Below, piece by piece: positions 41,031-52,615 of a stretch of DNA of 64,000 nt (positions are counted from its first letter, which is position 1; each line of letters opens with the position of its first letter). The stretch lies in the NCBI RefSeq assembly GCF_037042905.1, contig NC_087252.1, forward strand, positions 17,672,001 through 17,736,000, written 5' to 3'. The notes beneath the pieces were generated by a model. That model saw only the letters and a list, made by a program, of their open reading frames with translations, ran no database searches and had not been told where the DNA came from. This DNA comes from Lytechinus pictus (Eukaryota). The translations under genes were made by a program, and so were the position numbers.

Positions 41031-41649
41031 CCCTTCATCCAAAGGCCCTCCAGGTTTTTTCCGAAAGGGTGCATTGGGAGCGCCTGTTTGCCTCTTGTTG
41101 ACTGTAACTATATCTTTAGTTGGTCTAATTCCTATTTTGTCTAATCATCAAATAGTCTAAAATAAAACAAACTTTGTCTTATACAAATACGAGGCACAAA
41201 TCATTAATTTTGGTCCACTGTCGTCTTTTATTAATTTCTTTTTACCACAGTTTGTAGTCTAGTTGGTCATATATTAAACCGAACGATGTTAGACCATTTT
41301 GCCAACTGGCTGTAGGCCAAGTGGAATTATAAGCCGATTCAGACTAATGACTCTTTGATTCGGCTGAAAACTCGGGGAAAAGGGTTCCAAAGCTTCCGTC
41401 TAGGTAAAGCCCGGGGGTACCCAGTTAAAAAAACCAGTTGAAACCAGTTGAAATTTTAACTGGTTTCAACTGGAGTCAACTGGTACCAGTTGAAAAGGGT
41501 TCCAACGCTTCCGTTTACATGGTTTAGGGGCAAAGCCCGGGGGTAGACAGAGGGTTGGATTAGGATAGAGTAAGGGGCATAATTCCCCTAAATTTTTTCA
41601 CAAGTTATCATTCAAATAGAAGACAACACACATTCCTTAACTTTTCGAA

Positions 41650-42360
41650 ATGTGGTATACCATTTTGTTTAATGGAGTACCACAAGGTTCTTTTTTCGGT
41701 CCATTTTTTCTGATTTATATCAACGGCATGTACTTTGTGCTAAACACATTAAATTACATATTGTTTGCGGATGACACAAGTGTTTGTCTATCCCATCGTG
41801 ATATTGATATCCTAGCAAAGACTCCTAGACTTTCAAAACTATCTAGTGGGTTTCGAGGTAATATGCTATCACTGAATGGAAACATATTATGATATACATT
41901 TTAATTATAGGACGGCTAATGGTAAGTGTGATTTAAGATTAAAACCTGACTCATTGGAATGTCTGTTAAAATCAACTTTAATGGAACGATCACTTGAAAC
42001 ACATCAGTAAATCATTTTCTCGAAATATAAACTACACTATATTGAATACATTGAACCTGACAAAATTATATGCATTTTGCACAATAGTCTTATTCTACCT
42101 GTTGTGTCATGTTGCAATTTTTTTTGGACAATATCAAGGAATGTCACATATGAAGTTCTTCTGTTGTAAACAAAGCAATTCATATTTTTTGCTAGTTGGT
42201 TTGGTTACCCTGACCATATTGAACTGCAAAGTCTTGCTGTTGATGATATCCATTTCCTTCAAACTTCCCTTTTAATCTATCGATTTAGTGCCGGAATGTT
42301 ACCTGCCCGCTTTTCCACTAGATTTTCTGTTGCCTTTATATGCCTAGATTATAAGCTAAG
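41650..42360 (+). pseudogene. Degenerate LINE reverse transcriptase fragment
   Basis: GVPQGSFFGPFFLIYING..ILFADDT motifs; broken reading frames downstream. Confidence 0.8.
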
Positions 42361-44300
42361 AAAACCTTCCATTTTTGTTACTACCAACTGCAGAACATCT
42401 CTCAGCAATGTAAACTGCATTATTGGCATTTCCTTTCCAGTGATGAAGCATAGACAAATTAAGACCTGGCTTATCCACATCCTCCAGGAGCGACCAAAGA
42501 CATTCCAACGTGTCACTACCGGTATGATTACTTTTAATCAAATCAAGTATTTGCAAAGTGCTTCATTTTATTGCTATCGTTTAAATTTTGCCTACTATTT
42601 GAAAGTTCAGGTTGTTTTGTGAGAATTATTTTGTTTATGTTCCAGGTGGTCTATCAACGGAAAGTGAATGTTATATCTGTTTGCTTTAATAACTTAGGTT
42701 TTCCATGATTAGTATTTTAAATTAGCAATATCTAAATCACATTTTGTTGGTTCACATTTGAATAGAATGTGAATCTTATACATATATTTCCAGATATTTG
42801 GGCGATCCCAAATGGAGGGATATCAAAAGTAGCAGATAATATGTGAACAGTTGCATCACAAAAATGTATTTAATCGCTTAAATTGTAGTCAAAGTAACTA
42901 TGGCAGATGATATGTTTAATCAATAATGAACAAACAATCAACGTTTTAATAATATCATTTTATCAGCGATAGAACTTACGAATTAACCTTGTCCACATCC
43001 TATAGATCTCATCATCCACATCGCACGGTTCTTGATAGAGTGATCACTGACATTCTACCTGTATTCTTTCACTACTGGTATGATTACTTCTAAATAGATA
43101 TTGTATATTTCAAGCTCTATATTATATTGCTGTTAATATAATACCGTATGTCATTTCATGTATACTATCTCTTTTTTTCTTGATTTATTTAATGGTCTGT
43201 TATTTAACCCTTATCATTCTTTTTTTTTTCCAAAAAAATTGTCACAATGCTATCGACCATAAAAATCTAGTTTAATTTTTTACTACATCTATGAAGACTG
43301 CCATGAACATATCGCGACAAACTCTCCGAGGTCATTAAATCATAATGACGTCATCCACGCGCCATTTGTATTTTTATTCATGAGATTGATCATTACAAAT
43401 TCACCAAATTCGGGAACGAAAAAAAAAAACTTTTTAAAATTTATTTCATGTTCTCCAAAATCTTATACGCACATTTTAGGTGATATGAAGATGAGAGAGC
43501 TGATGATGTAACACATTTGTTTAATATTGGTCTTTCGTTATATGGATTATAGAATACTTCATATTTTGGAAATCTTGCAATAAGGAAACTCTTCATTGAA
43601 TCACAATATGTTACCAAAAATGCATGTAATCAAGAAGGGCTTAAACATTTTTTTTTCATGCAATAATACAAAGTAAATAGATGGTGGGTGATGTCAAGTT
43701 AAGACCATCCATTTTGCTGGTCGGTAATGGTACATGCCAATCACTTATGTGAATTTAAGCAAAAAGTGAAAATGATTTTAAACTCTTATTCTACTTTGAG
43801 TTTTGATGAAATTTCAGCGTTATGCTTGTTATATCTATCTTTATAGACCTCTTTGCTCGAGAATAGTTTTGAAAGACTAACGTTGAATGTTTGGTGGATG
43901 GGTTGTCTATAATGTCTCAAAGCGCCACACAAAAATATTCCAACTTAGCTAGTCAATTCTAGAACATTATGTTTGCATTTACCTCAGTCATATCCCAATA
44001 CTTTTTCAATATTCAAGTCAAATCAAGCAGTTTTCTTCTTCTTCTTCCTTTTATGTCAGGGTGCATTGTGACAGATGGCGTCAATGGAGAGAGCTAGATA
44101 AATCACGTTGGGCATGTAAGGGTCTTTACTGTGATTCAGAGCTGCCATTGTGGGTAAAATACATTTGTGGTTTATATACATTTTGCAGTATTATTTATTA
44201 CACGGTTGACCTGCAAACTGGAGTTGAAAATATCTAAAAATTCTACAGATTTTGTAAATAATTGTAGGTTTCTCTTATATACATTGTAGTAGCACAGATC

Positions 44301-46172
44301 ATGGCGACACTTGAGCATACTGTTTTGCAAAGTTTAAAGTGTCCCGTTTGTTTTGGTTTGCTGAACGATCCAAAACAACTTTCATGTTCACACACATTTT
44401 GTCAAAAATGTATTCAAGGTATTCTAGCATTCTCTGTACAGAGGAATACTTTATTATGTCCAATATGTAGAAACAGAACAAATGTCACAGATGGTGATGT
44501 TGCAAATCTTAAAACTAATATACCTGTTAAGTCACTTGTTGATGACGTCAGGAATAGTAAACAGCTCTGTGACGTGTGTGAAGAGCAATCAAGAGCCACA
44601 CAATTCTGTTGCGAATGTGGTAAGAATATGTGTAACGCATGTCTGCAAGATCATAACAACTGGAAACCACATCTCAAGCATAAAGTAGTGAGCGTTGAAG
44701 AAATCAGGAAGGGTAGGGTAGTCTTAAAGAAGAAGGTTTACTGTAAAGAAGAAGTGCACACATCAGATGAATGTGAATGCTCTGATGTCTGCACGACATG
44801 TAAGAAGCTCATTTGTATGAGATGTCGCATGCTCTACCACGAGAAAAAAGGCCACGATGTGGAAGATTTAAGAGAGTACAATTCGTCTTTCAAAAAGAGC
44901 TCTGAATTACTTCAGGGTCAAGGAAAGACAAAAGCTACAGCAGTCAAGAATCATATGACGTGTAATGATAACCAAATCAAACGTGTTCATGATCACATTA
45001 ATGCTGAAAATGTGAAGCTTGACAAGCTTTGTGAAGATGCTATCAAGAAAATAAAAGAGAGGAATGCTACCTTGAAAATGCAACTAGATGATCAGAGAGA
45101 AGAATTATGCAAGAGTTTAAATAATATGAAAATTGATGATGAGAGGTTGGTTAAGAGTATTGAGAGTGCGAGTGATTTGCTGAGTAATACTTTGAAAGCC
45201 CCACTAGAAGGAGATGTTGTAGCAATTCGTGATTCATTGTATGGAGAATTGAAAAATGTATTACTTAGGGAAAATCCAAAGAAGAAGGTTGCTACTGATG
45301 TAGGTGATCATGCAGAGGAACTGACGTTTACACCGAGCTGCGATCCTGATACATTGTCAATGGGGGAATTGAGGTTTGTGAATTGCGAGCCTGCGAAATG
45401 CAATGTATTACTCTCAAAGAAAGATAGTATGAATGGCATGACGGCTTCAAAGAATGGTATGATGGCTGTTGGTTATAGCATTGGAGGGATTGATATATTC
45501 TCTGTTGATGGTCAGCTGCAGAAAACAGTCATTAAAGATGTATCGATACGTAAAATAGGATTCCTCTCTGATAGTCGATATGTTGTACTTGATACACATA
45601 ATAAGATATCACTGTACACATCAGATGAAGAGAAGCAGGATGTAACATTCGATACTCTAGGTAAGAGTGAAGGTGGGACATGTGGTCTCACTGTAGACAG
45701 CAATGATCTGATCTATGTTAGCTACAGGAAAGCTAAGAAGATCCAGGTATTCTCACCATCAAGTGGGAAGGCTATCAGGGTGATACCATGCGATGGGTAT
45801 GAACCTGCACAAATCACAAGTTATGGTGATTCATTGATCGTTATCCAGTTTTATAATGCGATAATACGCATTGACAAAAAGGGTAATATAATGCACAAAT
45901 TAAGGAAACCTCTGGAATTTCACCTCTTTGCTGCTGTGGGTAAAGACAATACAATCCTGATTGCCTCTGTAAGATACGAGGAAGGTCTGCTCAATATCGA
46001 TGAGTACACCGGTGAGCTGAAACACATCAAGACCCTTATCTCTGAATACAAGATTGAGAAACCTAAAAGAAACTGGTATTACATTCGCCAGTTCCAGTCC
46101 GGGGAGATAGCTTTCTGTACACCGAATAGGCTCTATATATTCAATCTAGTGACTAATAAAGTTACCTCGTAA
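44301..46172 (+). CDS. TRIM E3 ubiquitin ligase, TRIM56/TRIM-NHL-like, single coding exon, paralog B (623 aa)
   Basis: Same architecture as paralog A and collinear with it end to end (both end NLVT.KVTS*). A pyrimidine-rich acceptor-like sequence (ttctcttatatacattgtag) lies just upstream of the ATG. Confidence 0.93.
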   Translation: MATLEHTVLQSLKCPVCFGLLNDPKQLSCSHTFCQKCIQGILAFSVQRNTLLCPICRNRTNVTDGDVANLKTNIPVKSLVDDVRNSKQLCDVCEEQSRATQFCCECGKNMCNACLQDHNNWKPHLKHKVVSVEEIRKGRVVLKKKVYCKEEVHTSDECECSDVCTTCKKLICMRCRMLYHEKKGHDVEDLREYNSSFKKSSELLQGQGKTKATAVKNHMTCNDNQIKRVHDHINAENVKLDKLCEDAIKKIKERNATLKMQLDDQREELCKSLNNMKIDDERLVKSIESASDLLSNTLKAPLEGDVVAIRDSLYGELKNVLLRENPKKKVATDVGDHAEELTFTPSCDPDTLSMGELRFVNCEPAKCNVLLSKKDSMNGMTASKNGMMAVGYSIGGIDIFSVDGQLQKTVIKDVSIRKIGFLSDSRYVVLDTHNKISLYTSDEEKQDVTFDTLGKSEGGTCGLTVDSNDLIYVSYRKAKKIQVFSPSSGKAIRVIPCDGYEPAQITSYGDSLIVIQFYNAIIRIDKKGNIMHKLRKPLEFHLFAAVGKDNTILIASVRYEEGLLNIDEYTGELKHIKTLISEYKIEKPKRNWYYIRQFQSGEIAFCTPNRLYIFNLVTNKVTS

Positions 46173-46893
46173 GAACATGGTGTCCGAAGTGTTTAAGAGT
46201 CAAATCTTTTTTTACTAATAACAAATTATTTAATTCACCAGTTTCAACATTAATCTTGGTAGTCCATTACTGCCAAATCAAGAAATTTTATTCATTCCAT
46301 TCGACAAAAACAATCACGTAATAGAATAGTAAAAAAAAAAATTACATGATATACAACGATAAAAAATCATTGGTATTTATTACATACAGAGGAAAGTAAT
46401 ACAATTAGACATGAGACGCTGCAAAAATTAAACAGAAAAAAATAACTTCAACTGAAGAAGCTCTCTCCTAACCTGTGCCCAAACTGTATCACTTCTAACT
46501 TAGTTTCAGGCATGTCATGTTAGGGTATACTTAGATTCTATATACTGCTCCAATATTTACCATTCTTGGAATAAAAAAGATGGATGGCTTTATACTAGAA
46601 TCTCCATTTTCAGTAGAAATTATTTGAACAAAGAGACTGTTTAATGTTGTTTTTTTTTCCTCCAAAATATCATCATATTTTAATAGAAAGAAATATGTTC
46701 AATCATAAGCACATGTATATGACACCAAATAAATATTTACAAGTGAACACAGTAGATTACATTGATTATTCGGAAAAGATTCAAACCTACATTTCATAAC
46801 CAAAGTTTACTTTTTGGATGAAGTATAAATGAATATTCTATGACATAAATGACTGTTGTCGACAACGAAACCAGTAATGAGTCTGGTACCCTA

Positions 46894-47181
46894 CACACTA
46901 AGAAATAAAGGTTCAAAATTGAACCCCGAAAGGTTGATGCAAAATCAGCACCCTATGGGTTCAAAAATTGAACCCCTGATTTGGGGTTCAAAAATTGAAC
47001 CCTGCGGTTGGGGTTCATTTTTGCACAACTAAATTTTAAATTGAACCCCTAGGGGTGCAGTTTTGAACCCGCAGGGTGCAAAAATGAACCCCAACCGCAG
47101 GGTTCAATTTTTGAACCCATAGGGTGCTGATTTTGCATCAACCTTTCGGGGTCCAATTTTGAACCTTTATTTCTTAGTGTG
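46894..47181. mobile_element. Near-perfect palindromic MITE with TA flanks
   Basis: cacactaagaaataaaggttc... / ...gaacctttatttcttagtgtg; internal gaaccc/gggttc repeats; absent from units 1 and 2. Confidence 0.9.
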
Positions 47182-47269
47182 TATAGTACAGATACATGTA
47201 AAAGACTTTTGAAATGTATGATTTTGGTTGAAAATGGGGATATTTCAAATACTAGTCCAAATTGATATT

Positions 47270-47934
47270 AGCGCGTTTTCGCCCAGCGTCGTACGACGCT
47301 ATCTACGACGTAGAACGATCTCTTGGTTCGTGCGTCCGTCGCGCTCAACTCTCGCTTGTAAGCAGTTTCGCAAATCGCTGAACGCGGCCGGATCGACTGC
47401 ATGGCTGGCATGTAATGTTGACACGCCAACATATGCATTGTATATGTTCCTACTATGTGCACACAACTGGCAGTGCCATGTGTCTTGCAGTCGCGTCGTC
47501 GACCGAGCCATGCAACGGCTTTTCAATCATATTTCAATAATCATACTCGTTTAAACTTCTACTGTAACATTTTGAAATTATACTTTGCTTGATTTTAGTA
47601 TAATTGAAATGGTACTCACCGAAAAACTCGCATTCGAGTCCATGTTTTGAAGCTTTCAGCTATCAGTGTAGTCAGAGTAGAGTACAACATGTGCATGCAC
47701 GCGATGGGCGAATGTGTTTACATCGGCTCAGCTTGCTCGCTCTACAAGCGATCTGATTGGCTGTTGACGGCTGTTGACAAATCCTACGTTCTAATGCGGA
47801 CGCCCGCTAATTTGCGGAAGAACCGTCCGTGATTTGAGCTCAAGAACGCTCGGGCCTCTGTTTCCATGGAAGTTGGCGATTTTTGCACACGACCCTTACG
47901 TTCTACGTCGTACGACGCTGGGCGAAAACGCGCT
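47270..47934. mobile_element. CpG-rich non-autonomous DNA transposon with 3-bp TSD (PIF/Harbinger-like)
   Basis: About 29-bp TIR agcgcgttttcgcccagcgtcgtacgacg; ATT on both sides; absent from units 1 and 2. Confidence 0.85.
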
Positions 47935-49543
47935 ATTATGTAAGTGCACGCAGGTGCGTATCTTGGGAATAAGCCAGGTAGCTCCAGGGATTAGAAATAA
48001 GATTAAAAAAAGTAAAAACCTACCCCCCCCCAAAAAAAAAAAGAAAAAAAAAAGCAATGATTAATCACAATAACAGTTTAATCTGATTTAAAACAATCAA
48101 TCCACCAATATCAGATCAACAAGACCAAAAATTCGGATTTTAGAAAATCCTGGCGAAAGTTTACCCCTAACATGGCTTTTCATAGACCCAATATTGAGAG
48201 AGGTGAGTTGATAGACATAATACACGTGACGTGATAACGGTGAATTCTACACTGGAGAGTAAAATTTATTTGTAATCATTCTTTATCATTATGATTTGGC
48301 TTGTATGATAATATTAATTGTAATATAAGAAATTCATGCATATGATAAAGATTTAAATTAACCGAATTTTTTAGGTTACTGGGTTTTTTTTTTTTTTTGG
48401 GGGGGGGTGTTACATACCCTACTGGGATGATATGATATGTTCATGATTTCGATGTATTTATCAGTTTGTTCATAATAATTTTCATTACATATCCCTTTTT
48501 CGATATTATCACTAGCATAAATATAAATCAATGAGCGATGAAAACAAACATACAAGTCAAATTCGAAATCAATACAAATAGAAATCATAAGAACCTCAGT
48601 CCAATTCTTGTCATCGCGAATTGGGAATAACCTTCATCAAAATGTAGAAAGGAAATGTCCAATCATTTTGTTTAGAGCTGTAGAATGAAAGGACCAATAG
48701 TGATACATAGGCCTACAATTATATATACATATTTCGTCTTATTGTTAATAACATTTATTGAATTTCTTTACTGTTATACGCTGTATAATTGATTTCATCA
48801 CATATATTCGGTTCATTTGCCAAATCGAATGAGAAAATCGTTTTTCATGTAAAAATAAGGGTGTTTTTTGAAAGTGTATTGTTCATTCTTGATCACAAGT
48901 AAAACACGAGGTTGACTGAAGGTAGGCTACCGTGATGCATTTCACTTACCCTTGCTATTTCCGGAGTCATTTCGCCAAACAAATGTAGAATAAATCAGCA
49001 ATGACAGTTGCATTGTATCTTCATGATCTTGTTTGATCTCATTCATTCATTCAATCATAAATCTAATTTCTCGAATTCATTACCATCTGTAACACGTTTC
49101 ATTTAGATTTTATAGATGGATAATATTGGAATATATTACCTGATAAACTTAAACAGTGCCCTTCCATCTATGTGTTTTTTACTACAAGTGGTGTTAATAT
49201 CGTGTGGTTTTATTTTCAACCAATTGTTGTATTTGTGTAGAGCTTCATAAGAATAATAATTATTATTATTAGCATTATTATCAGAGGGACACCGACGAAA
49301 AACAAAGCTTTTATTGAAACTTTCAAAGCAATTGATTTAAATCCAAACGATTTTCATGAAAAAAAACAATTATTGAGAGAGCGAACGTTGAGCAGGCATG
49401 GAAATGGTTTTTAAAATTGATTGCAAGGCTCGAGATGTATGATCATAAAAAAAGTGTAGATAAGTACAGCGTGCATAGGAATGGTATTGACGCTTCACAA
49501 AGCAGAGAATAGGAGAAACAAAAATATGAGGAATCAAAGACAA

Positions 49544-49846
49544 TAATAATAATAATATAGAGTATTTCTAAAGCGCCAAATCAACATTGATTATGTGCTC
49601 AAGGCGCTGAAATATACTTGGTACATGTATATTACTATTACCCCCAGCTGCAGCTGAGCGGCCATATAGGCGCTAAAGCATTCAAGGAATAAATCCTACC
49701 GGGTACCCATTCACCTCACCTGGGTCGAGTGCAGCACAATGTGGATACATTTCTTGCCGAAGGAAATTACGCCATGGCTGGGATTCGAACCCACGACCCT
49801 CTGTTTCAAAGTCCGAAGACTAATCCACTGGGCCACAACGCTCCAC
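49544..49846 (-). mobile_element. Full-length tRNA(Gln)-headed SINE, same head and core
   Basis: Reverse-complement match to the 35625 copy; empty paralogous site at ~18140 (ggacaaagggatg). Confidence 0.9.
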
Positions 49847-50407
49847 AAAATGGATGAAAGGAAGGGAAAAAGAAAAAGGGTTATAAGATTGATACCAATC
49901 AAATGTATAAAGTGCCTTACAGATGTATGTCCACATATTACATCTTATCTAATTGAGGTTATCATTTATTTTTTATGTGTGTAAAATGCTATTACGTAAT
50001 TTTGCTGTTTAAGTGTAATATGTTCAAAGTTTAAGCTCTCTTTCATATTCAGCGGAATGACCAATTTTTTAAACTGTAAATGTAAAAGTATTGGGCTTGA
50101 GTTTGAGGTAACTCAAGATGGCAATCGTGGTAATGGTGGAGTTCATTATTTACTCGAAATATATTGTTTAAAATGTTGGGTAGTTATTAAACTGAAACTG
50201 ATTCAACTTATAAATGTAATAAATTTTGTAAGTGTTAAAAAGAACAATCCTTCTAGTGTTGATGATTTACATGAATTACAATTCGCATGTCGTCTGTTTT
50301 TAAAATAACAGCTTTCTATATACACGATATGCCGTGCGGTTTCACAATGATAGAATTTCGGTTCAATTCGGGAAGAAAACAATGAAGGTTACATAGTAAT
50401 GATTTAA

Positions 50408-50895
50408 AGGGAAAGCTCGCCCTGACAAAAAGTTTATTGTAAAAATAGCATAAAAAATGAAACAAAAATATTAACGAAGGTTTGAGGAAATTCCATCATA
50501 GAATAAAAAAAGTTATCAAATTATTTGATTTGGAACGTCATATGAGAGCAGCTTTCCTTCATGTAGTATGGAAAAAAACTTAAAGAAATTTCGCTTTCTC
50601 ATAAAATAAAAACAAAATTATTGTACCTTCAGTATGTCAATACACAAATCATTTTACACGTCCTCCTAAAAAGGAAATTTAGAATAAGTCATCACGAACC
50701 ATTAAAATATCAAATTTATGCATTTTATTTTGCACAACATATGAGGTACTTGCTCGTTTATGACGTCACAAATCCAAATTTTAATACCTTTTTTTTTTTA
50801 ATATTGAATGGATTTTCCTCAAACCTTCACCCCTATTTTTTGTTCTGCTATTTTTTACAACAAACTTTTCTATACATGTAAGCTGAACTTCTCTT
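50408..50895. mobile_element. Kolobok-type MITE, duplicated with the unit
   Basis: TTAA flanks; same insertion site as 18697-19438 but without the SINE. Confidence 0.8.
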
Positions 50896-50904
50896 TTAAG
50901 GGTT

Positions 50905-51868
50905 TGCACCTTAAAAAAGCCCTGGGAATTAAAATATATATATAACATGTGGGTAATTTTTTCACATATAATCTTGGGTTTAGGTCTCATCTATTCAAAG
51001 AAAGTAAAAGTTTTGACAGAATGTAACACTTCAGTGAGCACTGTCCATTTTTGTAAAGCTCGCAGAAATCTGCGCAGAAATTCTCACGCCCTGTCTAGGG
51101 GAAAGGGCAAAATCAAACTTACCCTGCGAAACATTTCGCATACATTTCCCTTGCACTTTTGGTCATTTGAAATAAAACGGATACATTCAAGCATTTCATA
51201 ACAATTTTGCCACCCAATTTGAAATTTCAACACTTAGTAAGCACAACCTTCCCCCTTTTTTTGTGCCAGCTGGATCTGAGGACATAACTGAATCTCAACA
51301 AAAGTTTATATCAGACATCTCCAGCATATTTTTTCACTAAGTTTTTATCATTTAAAGTGGGTTTACATTTGATTTTTCATTTAATACTTATTTCTCCTTC
51401 CCTTTCCCAAGCTTGACAAGGATTAACAAAATGAAAATCAAGCCTAAGCCATTTCATGTAAATCACAGCTCAGTGTAAAGCAAATATCGTCACGATGGTC
51501 TCGGTGTGTTGGGGAGTGGGGTGGGGCGCAGTGCACTCTTCAAAGTCTTTTGGGCAAGGAAATAACTTTAAAAAGGTAAAAGATATCTTCGAATCAATTT
51601 TACTAGTTAAATTCTACGTGTTTTTCATGATTAAGGTCTACTTTTATTCGCATAACTATTTCAATGTTCTGCGCAAATCATTTTTCACTAACTTTTCAAA
51701 AGTAAGTGGTGCTCACTCAAGCGGAAATATTTTTCGACAGTTATATCGTCATTTGTTTGAATGGATCTGTACCAATGTTAAAATGTTGAAAAATCTTCAG
51801 GATATTACGAATGTATCATTTTACAGGATTTTTTTCTAAATGTAAACTTTTTTTGATACGCACTGTAG
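50905..51868 (+). mobile_element. Tc1/mariner-like non-autonomous element, left end eroded
   Basis: Ends in ttttgatacgcactg-ta (a CAGTG terminus plus TA); second copy at 26590-27625. Confidence 0.6.
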
Positions 51869-52615
51869 ATATTACCTCACATATACTAAACCTCTAAAAA
51901 AAAGTTTTTAAATATGTTTTTGGCCATTAATTTCTCACAACTCCTAATTTTACACAATGCATATTTTACATCATTCAAAAGATCATTTAATTCTCTTTAA
52001 AATGATACCATTCTTGTTATGATCATGTCATCATGAAAAGATTAGGATTCAAAAGTGTTGCATGAGGTCTGAATAGAAAAGCTGCAAAACGAGCAAAAAA
52101 AGTTTGGAAATCTGACTTTGGCTATTGATTTCTCCCAATTTTCAATTCTTAACAATGTATTTTTTTATATCATTCAAAAGATCAGTTAATTCTCTTTAAA
52201 ATGATACCATGCTTTTGCTTGTTAAGATCAGGCCATTACGATAAGAGCAGGATTCAAAAGTGTTGGATGAGGTCTGAACTGAAAAGCTGCAAAACGAGCA
52301 GAAATAGTCATGAAGGGTCAATACAGAACATGATTCTTTTGTCTGTGTCAATACAGATGAAAATCCATTCAAATCAAGCCCCTGCTTCTGTAGTGATGGT
52401 TCTGTGAGATAACATGGTTTGAGTCGTGGTTTGAAATACCAATGCATGTTTGTTTGTTTGTTATGTGTTTGCTTGTGCAGAGGTGTGTTTGATTCCATGT
52501 TTTTTTTCTCTTTGCCTCTTCCTTGAGGATTTATTGTTTCAAAATATTTACATATATACATATTTACATAGGAATAACTTTTTTCAAAAGTCAAATGATA
52601 TATTTATAACAGGAA

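Larger units (their letters stand above)
46173..50900 (+). repeat. Segmental duplication unit 3, 3' flank of TRIM paralog B
   Basis: Collinear homology with units 1 and 2; 49950-50900 is near-identical to 18240-19440. Confidence 0.9.

Noticed and set aside
18347..50308. Near-identical short ORFs at 18347 and 50057 as a conserved small protein
   Set aside because: Explained by recent DNA duplication; their C-termini differ by a frameshift and the frame is not evidently kept in unit 2.
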